A stretch of 63,019 nt of DNA, counting the filler, from Circinaria calcarea (taxonomy: Eukaryota), in the NCBI GenBank assembly GCA_051942165.1. It is 11 parts of 11 records of this genome, joined end to end, with 100 filler letters (N's around TTAATTAATTAA, not from the genome) between each part and the next. Parts side by side here need not be neighbours in the genome. Positions count along the whole stretch, not along the records: positions 11,503 to 17,153 come from JAVECS010001836.1; positions 17,254 to 22,901 come from JAVECS010001837.1; positions 23,002 to 28,647 come from JAVECS010001838.1; 8 more parts are not named here. One strand, 5' to 3'. Positions 11,503 to 23,358 of the stretch are shown here, piece by piece (within the stretch, counting starts at the first letter, position 1; each line of letters begins with the position of its first letter). Made by a program: the position numbers and the translations under genes. The notes beneath the pieces were generated by a model. That model had not been told where the DNA came from, searched no databases, and worked only from the letters and a program-made list of their open reading frames with translations.

Positions 11503-12468
11503 CGAATCTGGTGGTATGTGTTTGGAGGGCAATTCGTCCATATATCGTACATCAAAGCGGCCGACACAAGCGACGCGGACGACAACGGATGGCGGAATGC
11601 GTGTTGCGTCGCACGGACTGCGGAAAGGAAAGCATATAAAAAAGCTGCCAAAGCGTACAGACAGTCGCAGCGAGACAACAAGGAGGATCAAACGATCATC
11701 GCCAGCGGTACTAGTAGCCTTATCGAAGCCGAGATCCACAGAGAGAATACTTTCAGATTTCGACATAAGCGATGTGCCAGGCTAATCGACTTGGATCCGG
11801 ATTACGAGAGTGATTTCAAGATCGGATGTCGGCCTGAACATCGCTTGCAGCTTGCGCTGCTACGGACTTCTCGTCAGGTGTACTGTGAAGCCAACCATAT
11901 CCTTTGGTCGACCAATACCTTCTCCTTCAACCATGCGAATACTGCCAAGATGTGGCTTAGCAATCGGAATGCTACGCAGAAACGCTCACTGAAAAGTTTG
12001 CACTTCACGCTTGGGTGGAACTCCGATGGAGAGTTCCCATGGAAAGGTGTGTTCCCCATGAAGATTGTCAAAACCCTTGTCGCGCTACGCCTTCTCCGCC
12101 TCTGCATTGAACAGTACGGGCCGTTGGAAGAAGTTGAGGATGTAATCTGCCGACCTGGAACAGGATGGAAATTGTGGACCGAAGGCATCCTGCGTTTTCA
12201 AGTTCTCCCTCTTGAGAAGGTTGCTATCCTCTTCGGTGATTCTAGTTCTAACGAACATGGTCTCCTCAACATCGCGAAGAGAGTAGAGTGCGCCGAGATC
12301 CTCGAGAAACGCTTGCTTCACTCGAATAGTTTAGAAGATTACCAGGAGAAACGGGCGGATGAGACTGAAGAGGCAGAAAAGAAGCGGTTGTTACTGAATG
12401 GGGAAGATCCGGCAGAGGACGATCCCTTGGATGGATTAAAAGACAAACTCTCGGACGATGAGAAGTAA
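11503..12468 (+). CDS. Conserved fungal hypothetical protein (DUF7730-like), 5'-truncated
   Basis: Frame open from contig start (RIWWYVFGGQFVHI); family motif LALLRTSRQVYCEANHILWSTNTFSF followed by LKSLHF and LRLLRL repeats. Confidence 0.75.
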   Translation, partial: RIWWYVFGGQFVHISYIKAADTSDADDNGWRNACCVARTAERKAYKKAAKAYRQSQRDNKEDQTIIASGTSSLIEAEIHRENTFRFRHKRCARLIDLDPDYESDFKIGCRPEHRLQLALLRTSRQVYCEANHILWSTNTFSFNHANTAKMWLSNRNATQKRSLKSLHFTLGWNSDGEFPWKGVFPMKIVKTLVALRLLRLCIEQYGPLEEVEDVICRPGTGWKLWTEGILRFQVLPLEKVAILFGDSSSNEHGLLNIAKRVECAEILEKRLLHSNSLEDYQEKRADETEEAEKKRLLLNGEDPAEDDPLDGLKDKLSDDEK

Positions 12469-13472
12469 AGATATGGATGTGATGATGAGTGGAGACATCG
12501 GTTTCATGCGTAATTGATGAAAAGTTAACGATGAACGGGGTAAGGATCCTCGACATTGCGATGTCCAAACATAGAAATACATACCCATGCATGATGCCAT
12601 AACGTCAATTGGTCACCCGGGCGGGAATCACCTTTCCACTTACTCTTTGCTAGAAACAAGCTTCAATAGCGATTCCTTGATCAACATAGAAAGTGATTAT
12701 ACTCCAGACGTGTGGTTGATGAGCGCAATGCGCGGCGCCTCCTTCGACGAATAATAGGTCAGCGGAAATGCCTTCTCTTTGAACGTGGCAACACTATACT
12801 GGATTGAAATGACAAATTCCGATCGCATGGAAGAGTGCATATCTACACCTTGTATAACAATTCTCGCCGTTTCCTAGTAAGATTCAAACGTAAAAGCTGG
12901 TGTAATGGGGAAGGTGCGCGAGCCTCATGTTAATGCCCCCGAGTTTAGGACGCCAGGCCTTAGCGCTAGTTCTAGCACGGGCCATCCAGCAAGAGGCTAG
13001 AGATTTGGATGTTTTAAACTGCCCAACATCACGACCATCTATCAAGATAATGAATGGTAGCTGCTAAATTCACAATCAGGATACACAAGTGAGGAGATAT
13101 TTACTGATTGCTCGAAATGCTCCTTTGCTGTGAAAAGTGGGCCTAGACAATCTGATCGTCGCTGCTCTTCGTTCCCCCCTAGGGCTTAGATTGCGTTGCA
13201 CCCCCCATCACTGTCGTTGCGGTGGCATATTTTCGCAGTGGTATTAGTAACTTTGTTCTGAATCTTCTTTGACTACGAATCGCGCTACGATTACGTTTCG
13301 AAGTTGCGGAATCTCACTCCCCGATTGCCATTCCCGGCGTCCCACTCTTCTTTGGTCATTGCGGTTCTTTCTTATTGCTAGAAATCAAGCATGTTTCCAA
13401 TGGAGTCATAATTCGATTGTCTCGTCGGCTTTGTAATACGCGTTACTGTTCGCAGGTCTCGACGTTTGCGGG

Positions 13473-13480
13473 TATATAAA
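13473..13480 (+). promoter_or_regulatory. Candidate TATA box of the USP-like ORF
   Basis: TATATAAA about 210 bp upstream of ATG 13689. Confidence 0.45.
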
Positions 13481-13688
13481 CCCGGATGCGGCGAGATCTC
13501 CCATTGTTGGTGATGCTTTGTCTATCTATACCTCATGAAAGGTTTCCTCATTCTCACCGAATATTTATCGTTATTACCATTGGTAGCGCGCACTATCAGA
13601 ACTTTATCTGTTCCTGCAATCATTTAACACTATAAATCTGCTTCGGAAACAATCTCGTAATCAATCTCTCCTTCCCGTTCCTTTCGTC

Positions 13689-15443
13689 ATGTCCAAGCTA
13701 CTGACCCCTAACGCAGTATGGCGTGGGCTGACACACAAGCAGTTGGCTGGCCAGACACAGGTAGCCACCTTAAAAGAGATTGTTGAAAGGGGAGGAGATC
13801 CAGATGGTGAAAGACCTAATACTAACGCAGCCAAGCAAACTTGGATGTTGGCTGCCATGCGAGTCATTGACAGTCAGGTACCTCGGCCCGATGACGAACA
13901 AGCATTAACGATCTGGAAAGGAGACACAAGCTCTCTCAAACAGCCGACGAAACAGACGTCGCGAGCTCAAGCACCCCGACCTCCAGCACCTCCCACCCAA
14001 GGATCAAGGTCCCGTCAACCTGCCCATGCTCAGCCTCTCGGTCCTAATCCGCCGCTTCCTCCTCCTTTCGGGCAGCGGATTCCGGACGCTGCAATTCGTA
14101 ATTCTCTAATTCTGCGCAACAACATAGTTGCCATGGAGAATCTTACACTGGGGTCGGCATACGATGACCGCACTGACCCCGACATCGCGAGTCTTCGAAT
14201 TTCGTTTTATAGCAGTTTGAAGGGTCCAAGACTGTTTGACCCGGCAAAGACTCCGTGTGGTCGAGTACTTACGCAGAGTTACAGCCTCAACCGCACTGGC
14301 AAGTCTTATCCACTTCGGGGTAGGGGCGCAGTATGGGATAGCAATTCCTGTGCTTTTGACTGCGTCTTGGCTGCATCCCGACTGTTGGGAGTTGGCTCGG
14401 CCGCTGTAGATTACGAAAATCAAAGTCGTCAAGAGTGGATCGACACATTGCAACCCCAGCAGCAAAGTTTCATGGCCGCGGTCGACTATGAATGGGACTT
14501 GGCCACTTACACCACAAGCATCAGAAGGCGGCATGACTTTCTCAAGATACAGCTGGCGCCTTACAATGCAGCAACAAAGGAAAATCATACAATTGGAAAG
14601 TTCCTGTCTGCGGTTATTTTATGGAAAATCTGTACGTCAATGACTACTCAGTTCACAGTCAGTACTAGGAACAAACGCGGTTGCACAGAGTGCAATCTTC
14701 AGATGCCAGATCCCCTGCCAGCCGTTAAGACAACCAGCAATGGTATAGACATTAGAGCAACCATGGAGAATGCCGAGAATCAGGCATCTATGCGAGAGCT
14801 ACTTCAAAGGCACTTTGCTGCCGTACCTGCTAGAAAGGTCGACCACAACTCAAGCTGCCAGGACAATGCAATAGTGAAATACCTAGAGGTGGAAGGAGAC
14901 CTCCCGTCTCACCTAGTAATCTACACGAACCCAAACTATAAAAATGTGAAAGGAGCGACGTCCGATGACATAACCTTTCAGTACTATTCTGACTGTACGG
15001 ATGAGCAACCAGGCGTCACTCAAGTAAAAGAGGGGCTTCGAAGAGTAACGTATCGCTGGGTAGGCGGAATATACCTACAAGACGAGCAGAACCATTACCG
15101 CCTATACTGGACAGACGATAGCCCCAACCCCAGAGGGAACATCAAAATATATGACGGACAACGCGCTATGGGGGCAATTATCGGCGGCGTCCCTCCCGAC
15201 CACCCGGTCGATAAAATTGTCGATTACTGGGCAGACGGTGCGGCCATTCTTTTCTACGAGCGAGTGGAACCCCGGCGAACCAAACGAAAGGCGGACGGCG
15301 ATGGTGGGCCGGTGCCACCCCGAACCCCTTTGAACAAGAGTGATCATCCAGTCAAGAAGCCAAAATTTTCAGGCGTTGGGCCGACACCCCCCGAAACCCC
15401 TCAGAATACGGGGAGTAACATTGACATCGTCGATCTAACCTAA
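13689..15443 (+). CDS. Intronless 584-aa protein with a USP/papain-like cysteine protease domain, NLS-like clusters and a C-terminal SIM-like motif
   Basis: Cys box WDSNSCAFDCVL (C221), CTEC, LPSHLVI, His box YRWVGGIY..NHYRLYW (H469), IYDG (D489), terminal ILFYER; basic clusters RRTKRK and KKPKF; ends IDIVDLT*. Confidence 0.7.
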   Translation: MSKLLTPNAVWRGLTHKQLAGQTQVATLKEIVERGGDPDGERPNTNAAKQTWMLAAMRVIDSQVPRPDDEQALTIWKGDTSSLKQPTKQTSRAQAPRPPAPPTQGSRSRQPAHAQPLGPNPPLPPPFGQRIPDAAIRNSLILRNNIVAMENLTLGSAYDDRTDPDIASLRISFYSSLKGPRLFDPAKTPCGRVLTQSYSLNRTGKSYPLRGRGAVWDSNSCAFDCVLAASRLLGVGSAAVDYENQSRQEWIDTLQPQQQSFMAAVDYEWDLATYTTSIRRRHDFLKIQLAPYNAATKENHTIGKFLSAVILWKICTSMTTQFTVSTRNKRGCTECNLQMPDPLPAVKTTSNGIDIRATMENAENQASMRELLQRHFAAVPARKVDHNSSCQDNAIVKYLEVEGDLPSHLVIYTNPNYKNVKGATSDDITFQYYSDCTDEQPGVTQVKEGLRRVTYRWVGGIYLQDEQNHYRLYWTDDSPNPRGNIKIYDGQRAMGAIIGGVPPDHPVDKIVDYWADGAAILFYERVEPRRTKRKADGDGGPVPPRTPLNKSDHPVKKPKFSGVGPTPPETPQNTGSNIDIVDLT

Positions 15444-15844
15444 ACCTCTCCTTATATAGGCTACCTTTTCCGAGTTAGTCTGGTCATTGAAGATATAAAC
15501 TCATTATATTTAACTGAATTTAATATCTAAACCCTTAGAGATGTGACTGTTTATTTGATCATGTTCTGCTATTTTATGTTCTATTGTAGCTAGCTCGCTA
15601 TTATATACAAAAACGGACTAGACTAGACGAAAAAGACTTATTAGATTGATTTTATACAAACGACCGAATTCTCTCCCCCAAATGGCAAAAGCCGAGCGAG
15701 TCCCAGGATCAGAAAAAAGTGCTTTATTCGAAAGAAAAAGCGGAAACGAGTTTCAAACGCAGAAATCTCCACATACACATACACACAGCCATTGCCAATT
15801 TGGATTCTTACCGCATAGATGGGGCCGCTTGGCTTGTTCGATAC

Positions 15845-16055
15845 TGTAAGGGCTCTACCCGAGAAACCCGACGGGTGAACTATACACCGAGGTCACGAGG
15901 TGTAAGTTTAGCAAGAAAGGTTTTCTTCGCGAAGTGTTACACCAGAATTCTTTAGCAATAATTCATACGCTTACGCGAACCCATCGAGCTTATTATCACA
16001 CAGTTTACCGACCCTTATCGTAAGATCATTATACTATTCGTAAAGGATCCTTACA
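15845..16055 (+). mobile_element. Solo-LTR-like repeat, family B (211 bp), copy 2
   Basis: TGTAAGGGCTCTACCCGAGA...AAAGGATCCTTACA, colinear with 6905-7124; no TSD (GATAC vs TAGAT). Confidence 0.8.
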
Positions 16056-17824
16056 TAGATGAGATACGAGAATAAATACGGCAACCTGAAGCAATACTGC
16101 AGCCCGTCAGCAGCCGTGAGATGTTAGATTATTATGGAGCCCGACGTACTGTTGAGTTGATTGAGGGTAGATTTCTAAATAATGCGAAAGAAAACCTCCT
16201 AACGCGTTTTTATTTTTGACGGAACATGCAGCCCCGAGTCCATTTTTGCTTATTATTTTTTCGTTATTATATTCTCGAGGGGCCAGATTTCCTGTCCTTT
16301 TTTTTTTTGGTTCCTGACTGCCGCTCACTCTTTCCCCTTCTCCCCCTCTTCAATATACAGACCCTCTAAACCAGCAATACGTAATTTTTCCCCAAAAGGG
16401 AGACAACCTAATTGGGCCCCCCACCCCAGACGATCGATAGAGCCCCCGGATTTGATATCGATAGTATTACCAAGTCTCAGGCCAAAGGCCGTACACCGAA
16501 GCTGCTGCATGTCCGTCCATACCTCGGGGTTACTTGAGCACCTCGACCCGTTTTTTCTGTGCATCTCCCCCGGGTCACGGCAACTACCCCGGTAAGCCAC
16601 TGCGGGCGAGAAGAGAGCTGTATCTGGGACCAATTAGTCGAAGGGGGGGGGGGGAAAGGCCAGATCGCGGGAGCTTAAGGACTAGCCTCAATTCGCTTCC
16701 CTATTCTTGACCGGAAATGCGGTATGCGCCTGTTGTTCCGGGCCGCCACTCCTTGAAGGATAGGTTATCTACGAGAGAACGAAGGCAGCTGTTGAATGGA
16801 CCCTGCCCCTAATGTGGGTGAGTGGATTTATAGTAGATGGGATAGATGAATAAGGCCGGTTTCCTGGGAGGGAAGATGCAGCTAGAGGATAAAAGGTCGT
16901 ATTAATGTATATATATGTCTTTCTGAATTAGCGTGACGTCCATGCTTATTTACCCAGCCCGGCAATCTCCTGAACTGGAATACACACTTCAGCGGCCCGG
17001 GGCGAAGTACCGCGAGACGTTTGACTGATTGAAATGGTTCTCAGGATTGCAGGCCGTGGAGCCTCGTGCTTTAAATCTATTTGCCCCTGATCTGGATTCC
17101 TATCCCCTCTCCCCTTGAGCCATGACTGATGCGGTTTGATATCCGTAGACGTCNNNNNNNNNNNNNNNNNNNNNNNNNNNNNNNNNNNNNNNNNNNNTTA
17201 ATTAATTAANNNNNNNNNNNNNNNNNNNNNNNNNNNNNNNNNNNNNNNNNNNNTTCTCGAACCTGGGCATTGACCATAGGCGGCTCTCTTTAGGCGCCAT
17301 TCTAATATTCTGTAAGGGTAGTTGTAGGGTGATGGTTATCTGAATATACCGAAACAACCATTACCGGAACACGAACTCTATATATTCGGCATGGCGTGTT
17401 CACTATTACAGCATCAAAGAAATTGACTCCAAGCCCCTATTCTTCCTTTGAAACAACCACTATTCATTGTCGATTGTCTTAACAAAGCCCCTTCTTAGAT
17501 ATGGTTCGGACTGGCCTCGAAATTCGAAGTCATGGGCACGTCGTCGCATCCTGGAGGGACCAAGCTATGTTCTGTTATGCTATGAACATGGAGATCACCA
17601 TTTACTAATTGTAGGAGGACTTCCGCTAAATTTGGAATATGGTGGTTTCTAAGTAGCAATATAGTTTACGTTAAGAGAGTGCCAAATACCATAGATTAAC
17701 TTTGGCTCAGAATAGACCTTTGTAGATAGTTCTCACTTTGTTCCTTTGTTAGCCTTGTATTGTTGCGGGGTGGACCAGAATGTTGTCTCCTAGGAACGAA
17801 CAATGTCAATTCAATGCAGAGCGC

Positions 17825-18670
17825 TTACCTCAATCCGGATACAGTTTTGCGAGTTGAGGAATAACCCACCAAGAACAGAATACATACAGCCGTGTCAGAA
17901 TCTGTACCTGTCCGTCCTATATCGATTGTGAGTCCTGGTCCCAGCATTTCGAATCGGTGAGGAAATACCTGCTGACCACGCCTTTTGTAAATCCTTTTGT
18001 GACATCTCGGCCTTTGGCAAGGAACGGCAGAAATGCAGCAAACATGAAGAACTAGGCCGTGACGTTTGTATTGAAAGTCTCTGCCCAACTTTCTGGCTGG
18101 CCTTATCCATAAATGTTCCGAGACGCCCCGCGCACAGCTGAAGTCCGGCATACTGTTAGAATACCTCGATTCCTTGTCACGAGCAATTCCAGCTTGACGC
18201 ACCGTCAGCATCACCCTCCAGCACCGGCTGTTAGGGCCTGATGGACCATTGTTCACCAATAGTTGGATGCCTTTGGACTCCTCGCTCGCTACCTCATTTG
18301 CAAGCCGCTTCACATCTTCCTTCCTACTTAATGTCACCACTGTAATTGTCGTGTTCAGCTCAGGGGGAATCTGAAGGGCGAGATGAAATGCCTACGGGGG
18401 ACTAGATAGGGCACGTCAGTTTTTAACCTCGTGCAAGGAAGCTGTACATACACAATGGTTTCTCCAGGGCCGGTACTGTATTTATCTATCACTGTCTGCA
18501 GAGCGTCCTCGCGTCGACCGGTTATGTAGACCTTGGCTTCATTGACACAAGGGCCTGAGTGATTATCAATCTGATTCCGTTTCCGCCACCCGTCGCTAGA
18601 GCTATGAAGCTGACACATCAAAAAGTTTTGAGGCCTTGAGGTCGTCATTGGATTTTGCACTACTCGCCAT
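17825..18670 (-). pseudogene. Short-chain dehydrogenase/reductase pseudogene
   Basis: MASSAKSNDDLKASKLFDVS / ATGGGNGI (TGxxxGIG-derived) / AKVYITGRR / IQLLVNN..AGIARD split over several frames with a stop; no YxxxK C-terminal half recognisable. Confidence 0.8.
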
Positions 18671-20145
18671 TGTTCTAATATAGACGGTGAGGCTTTGTTG
18701 GTGATGAGATAATTCTGCGAAGGGGACGTAGATGAGTGCCTTCGACCATCCAACAATGGTAAGGCATGGCGCAAATTGGCTAGTCAGTCGGTACCTAGAG
18801 ACGTCATGATACCGAAGGGTGAGCAGAACATTGTTTGCCAAAAGAAACAACGTTAACAGAAGACCGTCATTTGATTATTTTGGAAGGTTTTGAGCGACTG
18901 CAGTTCGGTTTATTAGACTCAACTTTACCTTAGATATAGATACATTGTGAGGTACGAGGCACCCCTTGTACATCAATTGTCTCTTATGGGTAACGGCTTT
19001 TCTTAAGAGTCTGGGCTTCACGGTCAACAGACGACATAAGTCGATTGATCATCCTTTCACTCGTATGTGTCAGTGAGGAAGTATTTGTTCTTGGGTTCTT
19101 GAAGCGTTTCTCCTTTCACATTCAACTTGAACAGAACGATTGGAGTTAGGTGCGCGGTGATTTTCTTACGTGGCAGATAGGCCGAGTGAAGCTCTCAGCG
19201 GGCTCAGTGGGTTATGGACGCATCCCCAGTCGTATGACAATGAAAATCCAAGTAGCGATGCTAGGTCGCCGCGTTGAGTGCTGGGATATTCTTTGACATG
19301 CTCTCGAGAGGATCCTCAGGTGTGTACAAGAATCAATTATTACGCGAATCATTTACTTTCATGGGTATATGGGAAGCCTCGGTTTGAGAAGAACAGAAAG
19401 GAAAATAAGAACAAAAGAAGATGGGAGGAATGGACGCTATGGCTTTCACATTGGTATTGGAGTGCTTGAAGCCATCCTGACGGCGAGATATGGTGAATCG
19501 ATTTTTGTTTACCAATCTACTACCTATCAATTCTTGTTTTCCTACTGCCATTCCATCTCAAGCTCAAGATTTGATAAACTGCCAACCACTTCGTCACAGC
19601 CGCGTAGGGACAACCATTCGCTGCCCCAGAACATCATATCGGCCTATCTCAATCAGCTCCATGTGCCTATGGCACTTGAACCCCGCTTAACTTACATTAT
19701 CGGTGTCTCCTCAGCATGGGTGTCCACACTTGGGACAGTGCTTCCCTGGAAGGACCCAGCTCTCTACTCCGCGTCCGGCGCACTTGGGGCAGCGTACACC
19801 CGGCATCTAGTGTCGAGGTAAGCGTTATGATTCCGCGGTGGTAACATACATTCGCGCTACGCAGAGTGTGTTCGGAAGTAAACTAGTAAGACGTTGAGGA
19901 TTGGGTGGGAGCCAGGTAGGATTCTCTTACGCACCTTAAAGGTTGGGTTTTCAGGGTTGACTCTCGCTCCCAGATTGGTAGCCGCATCTTCGAACCCGTT
20001 CCGAAAGGCGTTGGAAGGCATCACTCTTACTGAGGGAGAGTGAGGTTATATTGGTGAAAAGCTGGGATGTCTTCGCAAGAGTACTCGAAAGCTTGGAGAA
20101 GTTTAGTACGGCTGATGACGCTGAAGGCCTAGAATACCAAGATCA

Positions 20146-20349
20146 TCAGGGCGATGGCTTGAATTTATATTCGCATTGTCGGGCAAACTCGCTCGACAAT
20201 GGGAGGCACCGTCGACGAGATTCGGAGCATTGACTGCAGGCTCCCTGATCGTTGTCCAACTCCGTCGGAATGCCCAGTTTGCACTGCATGGGTCTTCTGC
20301 AGAAGTAATCGACAACTCTGCGGCGCTTTCTAATGTAGCGGTCGTCCAT
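20146..20349 (-). pseudogene. Possible degenerate Zn(II)2Cys6 transcription-factor N-terminus
   Basis: MDDRYIRKRRRV...ACSQCSESRRRC...CEYK resembles basic stretch plus second half of a Zn cluster; first CxxC missing; no intact downstream ORF. Confidence 0.25.
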
Positions 20350-22401
20350 GAGGCTCAGGTTACATGAGCTTTCAAATCGTCGCCTTGAATGTTCTGTGCT
20401 GGTCGATATTCGGAAAGGCGTATTGAGTATAGCATGATGGTCTTTCTGCTACGCAATTCCCAGTTCCATTCAACCTCGACGATTTTTGGCCTTTGCTTTG
20501 TGGCTGTAGGTACCACTTTTCGTGGGCTCGATTGTCACGCGTGACATGGATGTAAAATATGATACCAAGATCCCGTGGTTTACTCCAAGGGTAGCGGCAG
20601 TGCGTGGAGTTTAACATCTATCTTAGCACTGGTTACTATTCCTTCTAGCCCCCAAGTAAAGTCGCTGCAGATGCTACCCTTGTCGTGCCTACAAGCGTTT
20701 CTCCTGTGCCAGGAGTGTGAGATGGCCATTCTCCCCTATATCTGCAATTTGTCAACTCCGTTCTGGACTTGAACCAAACCTAAAACGCGACGCCAGAATT
20801 TGTCTCAAAATCAGCACTCGAGCAGGCCACATCCTATACGCAGAAAGTGACAGGTCGACTCCATGATGAAGCCGTATGGTCAACTTCTTGGAGCACCTGA
20901 TTGCTCGATCGTTGTTGAGCGACTGCAATTAATCGGCCTTCTCCAACGGGGAGACATGGATGCGAAACAGCAATGTTTCCGTAAGCCTGCTACGTTGCGG
21001 TGTATCGTGATATGATGACGGTGGCTGATGCGTGGGTTCGATCTTCCAGATCTGAACCATGCCGGCAAGCGAGGCGTCTTGTTACACAGAGATGAGGATT
21101 GATATATCATACTCTTCGTCCTCGAGAGTCGGTAAGTGGGTTGGTCATGGTGGATGGGATCTCGAGTCATCCGATGGGTCACATTTGATTCGAACATCTC
21201 CCACCCGTTAGTTTTCCATTTCCAGAGCATGCACAGAAGGTAATCAGCCGGACTGCATGTGCGCCATACTTGGTATCTAAGCCCAGATTGGTGACCCGTT
21301 GCGCCGGATATGCTTCATGCTCTGCTCCCCTCTCTTGGAATCACTCCGGGCTTACCCTGCTGGCAACTGGCAATAGCAACGGCCTTGACCGCCTCCGCTG
21401 CCTTCGAGGTACCTTGCACATAAATAACATGTACTTCTCATGGATGCGGCTGACAACACGCTGCATGCTGGTGCGCTCCGCTACCGATAATGTTGCAGCG
21501 CGCATTTGGTCCTTCGTTTCCACACTGGACCATATTGCAAAGTTGACGGCGCAGGTTTCGACTTGTTGAAAGACGCATTCACCAGAGTGTCTACTGGGCC
21601 AGCAACGACCGGAATTCATACCCATTGTGACCAATCGCAATCAATCATGCAGGTAGTCGCGCAATCGGTGCAGGCGTAACGTGGTTGCCAGATACTGGTC
21701 CTGATTTACTACCTCACGAGTCTCGAAGCTTTGCTAGCCCAACGCAGGCCGCATCCGCTCCACGCCCGTCTTGGGTTTGGCAGTCATCTATAACTATTAC
21801 CTATCTAAGGACTTATCGGTGTTACACCTCCGACCCGGGACTTGCCTTTCCGTGAACAGTCGTGTCTTAGGACAACCGTCCAGATTTGTACACATCCATA
21901 CACAGACCCCAACGTGGGAGCAGGCTCAATAGGTCTTGCAAAGAAAACCCCCAAGGAGTAAGGAAAGTTAGTGTGAGGTCGATGAGTCGGCCGCCACCGC
22001 TAATACAGATTACCTTGCAATATCCTACCATCACATCGATAAAGATACAAGCGTCAGTGCCGTTGACCTAATTCATATCTTGTGTCCACTGTGACGGCTA
22101 TCCACTTCAAGCCTCATTGGTGTGTACAGAAGGAGCCATGGCGGATACATTTGGACCAACACCTCGGAATCTAGGTCGTGTGGCCATGGGCCGTGGCCTG
22201 AAAAAATAAACCAGATGATGAGGTGGTCCTCTTAGGTGCTACAAACCAAGAACACTTAGCTGCATACTGCCGGTAGTTTGATGCACAGCCAAAAGGGTCG
22301 TACAACCGGCACTGCAGCTCGTATCATTTGGCAGAGGCCCATAAATGCGGATCTCAACTGACTCTGACGTAGACGAGAGGGTTCTAGTGGTATCTGTGGC
22401 A

Positions 22402-22901
22402 TCAGGTAAGATGCTTGGTGATGTTTACTAGCAATATGCCTTTACTCTCAATGCCTTCGGCGTCCAAGAGGTGAACGAAGCGATACCCTCCTTGCAGCCG
22501 GTCCAATCTGATGCACGCCCAGGCAGCCAGGTCGTCTTTTCCAATGTCGTCGTCTTGTACCTTGAACCTATATGCAGGTTGGCAACAGTCAGCAAGAAAC
22601 AAGCAGTCTTTGCATGGTGACGCAGCATGATGAGCCGCCAAACGCAAGGGTCCGTAACGCACGCTAGCCATGCACGACTATCTGGCAATGCGGTCTTCTT
22701 CGGGTGGAGTGCAGATATACAGGCTCACCTTGGGTTGGTAGTCTGGGAGATTGCATACAAATGACGATTCAAAACTTGGTACTAACCTCACAAAGCTCAG
22801 TTCCTCGACAACTCCCGGAATAGCAATAAACTTCATCAACTTGCCGCCAAAGTCGGGCTCGACGCCTTTGCTGGTCCTAGACTGCCGCTTGTACTCTCCT
22901 T
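22402..22901 (-). CDS. Phosphoinositide-specific phospholipase C, C-terminal C2 domain; 5'-truncated
   Basis: PDFGG..IPGVVEELSFVR | FKVQDDDIGKDDLAAWACIRLDRLQGGYRFVHLLD; intron 22568-22786 (GTTAGT..CTGAC..TAG). Confidence 0.85.
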
Positions 22902-23358
22902 NNNNNNNNNNNNNNNNNNNNNNNNNNNNNNNNNNNNNNNNNNNNTTAATTAATTAANNNNNNNNNNNNNNNNNNNNNNNNNNNNNNNNNNNNNNNNNNN
23001 NGGTGGGGTGGGGTATTGAGAACACTGTCAAACACGCCGGTGATTGGAATAGCAGAGTGGAAAGGACGTTCGGCAGGCAAAAACTCCAATTGCAATCAAT
23101 TCTCATAATGGTGGCGCTGTATGTGGCCAAAATTTCCCGCAGAAGGAATAATCAAAATCATATATCCCCCACAATGCTAAGATGGGCGATGAACTGCTGA
23201 TCGTAGCTGTGTCAATAAATGGGGCCCTAATTATATTAGAGCTTAAACCCACGTTTGGACTCTGGAGCATAGCGCCATAATTCCCACCCAGCTCAAGAAA
23301 TGGGAGAACGTGAGACTAGAGATTGATTGAACGTGCTGACATTCATGCTAAACGAGAC

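Noticed and set aside
13689..16055. Starship or Helitron assignment for the USP-like gene region
   Set aside because: No tyrosine-recombinase captain, Rep/helicase or element boundary is visible in this 5.6-kb contig; mobile origin remains a hypothesis.
21000..21060. tRNA suggested by GGGTTCGATC (T-loop/B-box-like)
   Set aside because: No acceptor, D or anticodon stems could be paired.
20880..21640. Possible reductase relic (SGATGH) and neighbouring short ORFs
   Set aside because: Motif too weak and no continuing homology.
22626..22680. Box C/D snoRNA in the PLC intron
   Set aside because: ATGATGA is antisense to the host transcript and no downstream CTGA box D is present on that strand.
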